From Bacteriovoracaceae bacterium (GTDB lineage: Bacteria > Bdellovibrionota > Bacteriovoracia > Bacteriovoracales > Bacteriovoracaceae): 64,000 nucleotides of DNA. The first letter of the stretch is position 1. Every line of letters starts with the position of its first letter. A program made the translations under genes and the position numbers. The stretch covers positions 1-64,000 of the forward strand of contig JABIHA010000086.1 in the NCBI GenBank assembly GCA_018649885.1, read 5' to 3'. The notes under the pieces were generated by a model. That model was not told the origin of the DNA and searched no databases. It saw nothing but the letters and a program-made list of their open reading frames with translations. Below, piece after piece: positions 22,021-28,838 of the stretch.

Positions 22021-22533
22021 GTGATGGTCGTGTCAAATACTGACCCATGGGCAATAGAGCAATCTGATTTTTTTGCGTGGACAACGAAGTTAGATACATT
22101 TTTAAACTTTGTAAGTAAGAAAAAAGCAGGTGGGGATGTATGGCCTATAAGTATGGCCAATAGTTGTTGCGGCAGTGAGCTCTATTCGACTTCAAGTGAA
22201 AAATATTTTGGCAATAAAATTTCTGCACAGTTTCTTGAAGATTCTCCAGAGGATTGTAATTTACTTATTATTGGTGGCGTTATTACCAGCAAAATGGCCT
22301 TAGAAATTAAGCAGGTCTATTCCCAGATGTTAACTCTCAAAAAGGTTATGGCCCTAGGAAATTGTTCTTGTGGCGGAGGCCTTTATCCCACTTACAATAT
22401 AGTGAAGGGAATTGAAAAAATCATACCTATCGATATATATATACCAGGTTGTCCGCCAAGCCCTGAAGTAATCCTCGCAGGAGTGCTTCAACTTTTAGAA
22501 GAGGTTTCTGTAACGACTGGGGGCCCTCAGTGA
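22021..22533 (+). CDS. nuoB: Divergent NADH-quinone oxidoreductase subunit B-like protein
   Basis: SCC..E, GNC.CGGG, YN.VKG, PIDIYIPGCPP.PE. Confidence 0.8.
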   Translation: MMVVSNTDPWAIEQSDFFAWTTKLDTFLNFVSKKKAGGDVWPISMANSCCGSELYSTSSEKYFGNKISAQFLEDSPEDCNLLIIGGVITSKMALEIKQVYSQMLTLKKVMALGNCSCGGGLYPTYNIVKGIEKIIPIDIYIPGCPPSPEVILAGVLQLLEEVSVTTGGPQ

Positions 22534-24155
22534 AAAATTTGGAAGAAAAATTAAACTTACACCGCGGGGGCAATGACACTGGTGAAATTTTTGTCGAGGG
22601 AGATCCAAATTCAATTAATAGTGAATTGAATTTATTGAAAAATCAATTTGGGTTTTGTTATTTTCTAGATATGTATGCAGCTGAGTGTCCTGGAGATGAT
22701 TTTGATTTTAAAATTTATTACTATATTTTAAATTTAGATGAAAATATCAGAATTAGGTACACAGTTTCAATTTCATCTAAATTTTCGATGCCTTCAGTTA
22801 CTAGTATTTGGAAATGCAGTGATTGGTATGAGCGTGAAATTCATGAAATGTACGGAGTATATTTTGTAAATAGAAACCTCGACCGATTGTTATTACCTGC
22901 AGGATGTTCTGAAAAACCGATGTTAAATAGTTTTCGAATGGGACAAGAAATTGAAGCGACGACTCCCTTTGGCCCCTATTTTACAAAGAGAAATCAAAAA
23001 GACCCATTAAAAAATTGGACGAAAATTTCAACGTGGACCAAGTCTACGCATTTAAGTTTTAAGCTATGGCTACAATCTGATGAAGGAAAGGTGAGTGATT
23101 CTATTGTTGAAGTGGGGTTTCTACATCGAGGTGTTGAGAAGTTGTGCCAGAATCTGAATCTCTTTCAATTGTCTCCTTATATTCAAAGGGTCAATTCTCA
23201 CAGTTTGTTTTGTGGAGAGTTATCTTGGCTTATGGCCATTGAGCAGAGGCTTCAAATAAAAATACCTCCAAAGGCTATGGCAATTAGGATGCTTTTGGCC
23301 GAATTCTCAAGAATCTGGGAGCATTTCTATTTCGTAGAGCAAGTTTGTCTTAAATTAAAAATGGATAAGGACATTCGAGAATTTCAATTTTATAAAGAGT
23401 ATATAACAGAATTGTTTGAGAATTATACTGGTAGACGTCAGTATTCGAATGTCTTCATTGGTGGTGTTCCCTCTGAGTTGCAGGCAGGATGGATTACCTC
23501 TTGTTATGACTTCTTACCCAAGTTAGAAATCTTTACTTCCAAAAAAATTAGAGAATTATCAAAAGATTACTTTTTTTCAGAAATCCTCAGAAGTGATTCC
23601 ATCGATGGCAACACTGCTTTAGAGCTCAGTTTGACTGGACCAACACTAAGGGGATGTGGCATTAATTTTGATATACGCAAATCTTTTCCTTACTATCACT
23701 ACGAAAGTGTAGATTTTGAAATCCCTCTTGGAAAGCATGGGTCATCTTTTGATAGGGTGCTTGTTAGATTGGAAGAGGTTCGTCAAAGTACAAGTATTAT
23801 TTTGCAGCTCCTCGACAATTTGCCCACCGGAAATTTACTAGATGAAGGCCATGAAATAGTCTCCCTTTTTAAAGCACAAGATGATGGAAATTTTAATGCT
23901 TTGGATTTAATGAACTTGATCGATGGAGTGAAAATATCAAAAGATGTTTCCTATAGCTCAATTGAGGCAGGTTCGGGAGAGTGGGGAATTCATTTACACG
24001 GAGATGGATCAAATAAGGCTTCAAGGCTTAGAATTTCTCCTCCTAGTTTTTCATTATTACAAGCATTTCAAAGTTTAGTTATTGGAAGGGAAGTCAGTGA
24101 GTATGGCGCTTTTCTTGAATCCTTTGGTATTAATTCAAGTGAGGTTGATAGGTGA
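22530..24155 (+). CDS. nuoCD: Divergent fused NuoC/NuoD-like protein
   Basis: W…DWYEREI.EMYG (NuoC); GFLHRGVEK, TGP.LRGCG…D.RK..PY..Y, DR.LVR.EE.RQS, C-terminal EVDR (NuoD). Confidence 0.8.
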   Translation: MKNLEEKLNLHRGGNDTGEIFVEGDPNSINSELNLLKNQFGFCYFLDMYAAECPGDDFDFKIYYYILNLDENIRIRYTVSISSKFSMPSVTSIWKCSDWYEREIHEMYGVYFVNRNLDRLLLPAGCSEKPMLNSFRMGQEIEATTPFGPYFTKRNQKDPLKNWTKISTWTKSTHLSFKLWLQSDEGKVSDSIVEVGFLHRGVEKLCQNLNLFQLSPYIQRVNSHSLFCGELSWLMAIEQRLQIKIPPKAMAIRMLLAEFSRIWEHFYFVEQVCLKLKMDKDIREFQFYKEYITELFENYTGRRQYSNVFIGGVPSELQAGWITSCYDFLPKLEIFTSKKIRELSKDYFFSEILRSDSIDGNTALELSLTGPTLRGCGINFDIRKSFPYYHYESVDFEIPLGKHGSSFDRVLVRLEEVRQSTSIILQLLDNLPTGNLLDEGHEIVSLFKAQDDGNFNALDLMNLIDGVKISKDVSYSSIEAGSGEWGIHLHGDGSNKASRLRISPPSFSLLQAFQSLVIGREVSEYGAFLESFGINSSEVDR

Positions 24156-24637
24156 TCATAAAAAAAAGTCATTACAAAAAACCTAGCTTTCATTTTGAGA
24201 TTTTAAGAATCTGTTTTTCAATCTTGCAAGGTGTGAAACGCAAGTGGATAAAAAGATGGGAAGTAAATAAATTTACAATTAATTATGGCGAAGAAGTTTT
24301 TTATTCAAATCGTCATATGGGATTTCCCTCTCTTAAAATGGATTTGGGTCAATCTTTGATTTGTGATGGCTGTAAGCTTTGCAAGAAAATTTGCCCAACA
24401 AATTGCATCGAAATTGATTTGAAAAATGGGGATGGCAATGGGAAAGACAACCTTGCTTGTTTTAGTATTGATTTAAGAAGTTGTTTCTATTGTAATTTAT
24501 GTGTAAGTGTTTGCCCTATATCTGCTATTGAATTTAAAAATGGCTTTTTTTCAGCACAAAACAATGTTGATAAATTTAAAGTAGATTTACTAGAGAGATC
24601 TAATAAACAGTCCCCACCATATAACTTATTCCATTGA
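24152..24637 (+). CDS. nuoI: NuoI-like 2[4Fe-4S] ferredoxin
   Basis: CDGCKLCKKICP and CFYCNLCVSVCP motifs; follows nuoCD. Confidence 0.7.
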   Translation: MIIKKSHYKKPSFHFEILRICFSILQGVKRKWIKRWEVNKFTINYGEEVFYSNRHMGFPSLKMDLGQSLICDGCKLCKKICPTNCIEIDLKNGDGNGKDNLACFSIDLRSCFYCNLCVSVCPISAIEFKNGFFSAQNNVDKFKVDLLERSNKQSPPYNLFH

Positions 24638-24682
24638 AATCAGTGGGCCTTTGAAATTTTTATCTTTCTGATTTGATAGGGT

Positions 24683-24754
24683 TGTTCCAAAAGTAAGTTG
24701 TATGAACAATAAAAAAGTCCGTCCCTTGTGCGAAATCCAACTACGTCTTATAAG
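24683..24754 (+). promoter_or_regulatory. Unit 1 operator and sigma70 promoter
   Basis: TGTTCC-N14-TGAACA (24683-24708); TTGTGC(24726)-N17-TATAAG(24749). Confidence 0.7.
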
Positions 24755-24760
24755 TTATCC

Positions 24761-24947
24761 ATCAATGAGGGATAGGTTTTTGTGGCGACTCCAAAAGTTA
24801 GTTCCATCATTCATGACAGACCTCCGTATTTTGTGCACCTTGATTTGAGTCGCACGTTTATAGGCCGGGATCTTCGGGTCCCGACCTTAAAATTTTGAGA
24901 GAGAGATTAAATTATCCGGCCTTCCTAAATGGAAGGCCTTTTTTTTT
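24761..24947 (+). ncRNA. Predicted structured small RNA, copy 1
   Basis: Invariant motifs at 24779-24792 and 24819-24842; GCGACTC/GAGTCGC pairing; C-UUCG-G hairpin 24862-24887; terminator 24918-24947. Confidence 0.75.
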
Positions 24948-25002
24948 CAAAAATTCCAATACTTCCCTGTAATTTTAGGTCATTGTAGATTTCTCAGAGA
25001 CC

Positions 25003-25074
25003 TGTTCCATATTGGTGATTTCGGAACACTTTGTTCCAAAAATAATTGAGAAAAATTGGGTAGTGACCTACAAC
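25003..25074 (+). promoter_or_regulatory. Unit 2 operator and sigma70 promoter
   Basis: TGTTCC-N14-GGAACA-N3-TGTTCC (25003-25037); TTGAGA(25046)-N17-TACAAC(25069). Confidence 0.75.
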
Positions 25075-25080
25075 ACACTT

Positions 25081-25264
25081 AGTCAGAAAGAGACCAAGTG
25101 TTTGTGGCGACTCCTTATGTTTGAGCTCTTTCTATCACGACGACCTCCGTATTTTGTGCACCTTGTAAGAGTCGTACTTTTTTGGCCAGAATTAAGCAAG
25201 CTGGCCAAATTTGGGGAAGAGAGAATAAAAATAGGCCCTCATAAATTGAGGGCCTTTTTTTTTT
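25081..25264 (+). ncRNA. Predicted structured small RNA, copy 2
   Basis: Invariant motifs at 25101-25114 and 25142-25165; hairpin 25181-25209; terminator 25234-25264. Confidence 0.75.
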
Positions 25265-25327
25265 ACTCTCTAGCTTCAATTAGTAAAATCCTCGTAATTT
25301 CAATCAATTGTAGAATTGCCAGAACTG

Positions 25328-25399
25328 TGTTCCATTTGTGATTGTTCGGAACACTTTGTTCCAAAAGTTGTTGAGAAAAATCTGGTGGTGACCTATAAC
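25328..25399 (+). promoter_or_regulatory. Unit 3 operator and sigma70 promoter
   Basis: TGTTCC-N14-GGAACA-N3-TGTTCC (25328-25362); TTGAGA(25371)-N17-TATAAC(25394). Confidence 0.78.
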
Positions 25400-25405
25400 A
25401 CGTCA

Positions 25406-25587
25406 AGTCAGAAAGGGAATGAACATTTGTGGCGACTCCTTGTGTTTGGACTCCTTCTATCATGACAGACCTCCGTATTTTGTGCACCTTGTATGAGTCG
25501 CAATTTTTAACCAGAAGTAAGCTAGCTGGTTAAAGTTGAGAGAGAGAGAATTTTTAATAGGCCCTTCTAAATGAAGGGCCTTTTTTT
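25406..25587 (+). ncRNA. Predicted structured small RNA, copy 3
   Basis: Invariant motifs at 25426-25439 and 25468-25491; hairpin 25506-25534; terminator 25560-25587. Confidence 0.75.
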
Positions 25588-25623
25588 GCTTCAACTCAGA
25601 CTTGTGAATTTATCTCCAGGGAG

Positions 25624-25695
25624 TGTTCCTAATTAATGCCTCAAGAACAGTTTGTTCTGGTACTCGTTGCTCGCTATGCGTAATAGGGTTATAAG
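25624..25695 (+). promoter_or_regulatory. Unit 4 operator and sigma70 promoter
   Basis: TGTTCC-N14-AGAACA-N3-TGTTCT (25624-25658); TTGCTC(25667)-N17-TATAAG(25690). Confidence 0.75.
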
Positions 25696-25701
25696 CTTTT
25701 T

Positions 25702-25833
25702 ATTGAAAGGAAATGAAAATTTGTGGCGACTCCAAGATTTGGTTTCCTCCTTCAAGACAGACCTCCGTATTTTGTGCACCTTGATCTGAGTCGCATATTA
25801 ATGGCCGAATCCACCCGATTCGGCCTTTTTTTT
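25702..25833 (+). ncRNA. Predicted structured small RNA, copy 4 (short form)
   Basis: Invariant motifs at 25720-25733 and 25760-25783; terminator 25803-25833 directly after the core. Confidence 0.75.
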
Positions 25834-25870
25834 CAATAAAAACTATAACTTGAAATTATGAACACGAAGT

Positions 25871-25942
25871 CGTTCCAATTGTTCTGTATCGGAACGGTTT
25901 GTTCCAAAATAGATTGTACCGAGAAACGCACTGCGCTATAAA
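25871..25942 (+). promoter_or_regulatory. Unit 5 operator and sigma70 promoter
   Basis: CGTTCC-N14-GGAACG-N3-TGTTCC (25871-25905); TTGTAC(25914)-N17-TATAAA(25937). Confidence 0.72.
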
Positions 25943-25948
25943 CTCTCT

Positions 25949-26091
25949 ATCGGATTCTTTGAATACGTTTTAGCATGTTTTTATATTTGGCCTTAAAAAG
26001 GCCAAAGCTCCTATTAATTTAGGAGAGGGGAAATCTCTTGGGGAAGGGAAATAAAATGAGGGCCATTATTTATTAATGGCCCTTTTTTTTT
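25949..26091 (+). ncRNA. Predicted small RNA from unit 5, lacking the conserved core
   Basis: Same promoter architecture; hairpins 25986-26006 and 26008-26025, purine tract, terminator 26059-26091. Confidence 0.5.
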
Positions 26092-26755
26092 CAGTAAAAG
26101 GATCTTTCACACTGCCTTGTCTGGCAATGCCAAGTAACTCAATATAGTTTTCTCTTGGGTATTCACTGCCACCAAGAGACTTAACTACAGGGGTGACCAT
26201 CTGGGTGTCCATCCACTCAATTCCATTTTGGTATAAAAATTCCATCACCCAAATGAGTGCAAACTTTGAGGCGTTATCGCTTTCAAAGAACATGGATTCT
26301 CCTGAGAAAACTCCTTTCATAAAGACCCCATAGAGCCCACCGATGAGTTTTCCACCTTCGTCTTTGACCTCAACGCTGTGGGCGTAACCCGCCCGGTGAA
26401 AGAGCCTGAAAGCTGATTGGATTTCATCAGTGATCCACGTACCGCCCTCAAGCTTTCTATTTCCTGAATTAGCGCATCTGCTAATAACTTCATCAAAGCA
26501 AGTATCAACACTTATAAAATGATCTGATTTATTAAAGGCCTTCTTTAGACTTCTAGAAATATATAAATCTTTGTAAAAAAGTATTCCCCTAGGGTTTGGA
26601 CTAAACCAGGCCAGTGGGTACGTACTTGAAATAGGCCAAGGAAAAATTCCCTGCGTGTAGGCCAAAACCAAGGAAGGGATTTCTAGATCTCCGCCTATTG
26701 CGAGAAGTCCATCTTCGGTAGCACTTTCAACAGGAGGAAATTCGATTATTGGCAA
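26066..26755 (-). CDS. aat: Leucyl/phenylalanyl-tRNA--protein transferase
   Basis: GLLA.GGDL, AY..GIFPW, AHSVEV, GGLYGV, F.GESMF, ASK.AL, DTQ. Confidence 0.95.
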   Translation of the reverse strand: MPIIEFPPVESATEDGLLAIGGDLEIPSLVLAYTQGIFPWPISSTYPLAWFSPNPRGILFYKDLYISRSLKKAFNKSDHFISVDTCFDEVISRCANSGNRKLEGGTWITDEIQSAFRLFHRAGYAHSVEVKDEGGKLIGGLYGVFMKGVFSGESMFFESDNASKFALIWVMEFLYQNGIEWMDTQMVTPVVKSLGGSEYPRENYIELLGIARQGSVKDPFTEKKRAINK

Positions 26756-26767
26756 AAGCAGCTCGAT

Positions 26768-27877
26768 TTATTTTAATTTTTCCAAAAATTTTCTGGCCAG
26801 TTCACCAGCAATTTCAATGGTCATATCTTTTGATAGGCTCGATTTTTGGCTGGCTTCAATGAAAGGAGCCACTTCTACTATATCTGCACCAGTCAGTGGA
26901 AATGATTCACAGAGTTTATCAATAATTTGGTGGGCCTGATGGGGTTCAAGGCCTTGGTCTTCTGGAGTACCAGTTTTAGAAGCATATTCTGAATCTATGG
27001 CGTCAATATCAAAGCTTATGTAGATTTCTTCTACGCCCTTACTTTTTAGAGAAGTAGTAATACTTTCTGCTATGGCCCCAGCGCCCACATTTTTTATTTC
27101 CTGGGCCCAATACTGAACAACTCCAAACTTACTTTCCCAATGAGACTTTTCTTTTCCACTTGAGCGTATGCCTACTTGGATTAAATGGCTGGGATCTGGT
27201 AGGTCTTCCAAAATATGGTAGGCCCAAGATCCAAAGCAGTAATCAATGCCAAGCCTCTGATCCAGAAGATCTGTATGAGCATCAAAATGGATGATGGCCG
27301 TTTTTATACCAGATCTTTTTTTGCTCTCAAGGTAGGCCTTGGTCACCGGAAAACTCACACTATGGTCCCCTCCAAAAAAGAGAAGTTTTGCAGCAGGCCT
27401 TTGCTCGTAAATTGATGAGATCAGGTCATAGGAAATGGAAAGAGGTGAAACACATAACTGGGAGTCTTCGTCTCCGAACAATGCACTCCTGCAGCTTTTT
27501 AAGGTCTGAGAATTGAGATATTTATCGTGGAGCAGGTGAGGGATAACTCTGATGTCTCCAAGGTCAAAAAAATCTTCAGCACCAGTCTCGGCCTCATAGA
27601 GCTCTTTGCGGATAAATAGAGGGCCCCAATTCGCGCCCCTTAAGATACCGCCTCCACAGTCAGAGCATATTCCTAAAATCATGGGCTTAGTGAAGTTTGA
27701 CTCATCTGCCAGCGAATCCGTGAAACACTTACTCACTTTTCCTGGAATGGCCGTTCCAAATATTTGCTGATGCAAAATATCCTTCCTTTCTTTGGCCGTA
27801 TTTACTGTAAATACTCCATTTCCAGGTGGGACTAAGTAGTTTTTTAATTTTAGGTTTACGTCCATTTTTACACACAT
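26768..27877 (-). CDS. Arginase/agmatinase (ureohydrolase) family protein
   Basis: GGDHS, HFDAHTD, SFDIDAID, TGTPE, D.VEVAP motifs. Confidence 0.9.
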   Translation of the reverse strand: MCVKMDVNLKLKNYLVPPGNGVFTVNTAKERKDILHQQIFGTAIPGKVSKCFTDSLADESNFTKPMILGICSDCGGGILRGANWGPLFIRKELYEAETGAEDFFDLGDIRVIPHLLHDKYLNSQTLKSCRSALFGDEDSQLCVSPLSISYDLISSIYEQRPAAKLLFFGGDHSVSFPVTKAYLESKKRSGIKTAIIHFDAHTDLLDQRLGIDYCFGSWAYHILEDLPDPSHLIQVGIRSSGKEKSHWESKFGVVQYWAQEIKNVGAGAIAESITTSLKSKGVEEIYISFDIDAIDSEYASKTGTPEDQGLEPHQAHQIIDKLCESFPLTGADIVEVAPFIEASQKSSLSKDMTIEIAGELARKFLEKLK

Positions 27878-27964
27878 AAAGTAAATATTTCTGAGAGCTT
27901 AAGCATCTCACAGGCTTATTAATATGGGGAGGGTTAAGAGGAGGTGTAAAAATAACACTGTGCA

Positions 27965-27998
27965 TTGTACTGTGTTCCAATTTACCGTAGTATGAGCA
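27965..27998 (+). promoter_or_regulatory. Putative sigma70 promoter of the HTH gene overlapped by an operator-like site
   Basis: TTGTAC(27965)-N17-TAGTAT(27988); TGTTCC-N14-TGAGCA at 27973-27998. Confidence 0.4.
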
Positions 27999-28028
27999 AG
28001 CACTAAACGGGTTACGGAGTAAAATCAG

Positions 28029-28838
28029 ATGCTTACAGACTATCGTACTGTATTAAGAGAGGAACTAGCACGCCGAACTGCTATTAATAGTAGTTATTCA
28101 TTAAGAGCGTTTGCTAGGGCCTTAGAGATGGCGCCATCGGCGTTATCGGAAATTCTCAACGGCAAAAGACCGCTGTCTTTCAAGAAAGCACAAATAGTTG
28201 TTAAAAAACTATGCTTGTCTCCAGAAGAACAGGAAGTCTTTATTAGTTCTATTGATGGCAAGTATCGCCCAAGAGCTAAGAAGGTCGATCAACTAGGTGA
28301 TTTAGGTAGAGACTATTTTCTTGATAAAGATAGATTCTCCCTTGTGGCCGACTGGTATCACTATTCTATTATGGGTATGGCAGAACTCTATGAACTTCCG
28401 GAGCAGATTGAAATTGTTGCGGAGAAATTAAATCTTCCCATTTCAAAAGTTACTGATGGGATAGAAAGATTAAAAAGAGTTGGGCTTCTTGTTTTTACTG
28501 ATGATGGAGTTTTAAAATACGTTGATCCTGTGACTAGACACAACTCAGAGATCCCATCTGAAGCCTTGAGAAAGCACAACCGAGAAATAATTTATAAGGC
28601 CCTTGAAAGTTTGGACAACACACCCCGAACTAAAAGAGACATCACTTCAATGACTATATCAATAAATAGTAAGAATATAGGAAAGGCAAAAGAGAAAATT
28701 GCCGAATTTAAAAAAGAGATGTACACGCTGCTCAAAAGTGGCGCAGATGATTGTTTAGATAAACTATACAATTTGAATATCAATCTTTTCCCATTAGAGA
28801 ATATTGGCGGCAATAAAGGGGGAAAAGATGAAAATTAA
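28029..28838 (+). CDS. TIGR02147/DUF4423-type HTH DNA-binding protein
   Basis: YR..L..EL..R…N..YSLRAFAR.L…PS.LSEILNGKR, W.H..I, R.ITS.T, Y.LNI.LFPL pattern. Confidence 0.8.
   Translation: MLTDYRTVLREELARRTAINSSYSLRAFARALEMAPSALSEILNGKRPLSFKKAQIVVKKLCLSPEEQEVFISSIDGKYRPRAKKVDQLGDLGRDYFLDKDRFSLVADWYHYSIMGMAELYELPEQIEIVAEKLNLPISKVTDGIERLKRVGLLVFTDDGVLKYVDPVTRHNSEIPSEALRKHNREIIYKALESLDNTPRTKRDITSMTISINSKNIGKAKEKIAEFKKEMYTLLKSGADDCLDKLYNLNINLFPLENIGGNKGGKDEN

Noticed and set aside
22021..24637. Group 4 [NiFe]-hydrogenase
   Set aside because: The large subunit lacks the N- and C-terminal CxxC nickel ligands and ends in EVDR like NuoD.
25012..25487. ORF-track calls 25012-25341 (+) and 25263-25487 (-)
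   Set aside because: They run through promoters, operators and terminators of the repeat units and are not preserved in the other copies.
24765..25790. Small peptides (type I toxin or leader peptide) in the repeat units, e.g. TTG-started MWRLQ…CTLI in copies 1 and 4, or MNICGDS…HLV in copy 3
   Set aside because: SD-like leaders exist and all copies could start MWRL, but 1-2 nt indels put the invariant core in different frames and it is conserved at every codon position. Not fully excluded without Ribo-seq.
24779..25794. CRISPR array
   Set aside because: The period is ~290-325 bp, each unit has its own promoter and terminator, the variable parts pair with their own leaders, and there are no cas genes in the window.
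24761..25833. Cis-acting riboswitches or retron msr-msd
   Set aside because: No gene lies downstream of the terminators on the + strand, and no reverse transcriptase is present in the window.
24683..25905. Operator as a LexA/SOS box
   Set aside because: The spacing is GAAC-N5-GTTC and GTTC-N16-GAAC. This matches neither the Gram-positive GAAC-N4-GTTC nor the alphaproteobacterial GTTC-N7-GTTC box.
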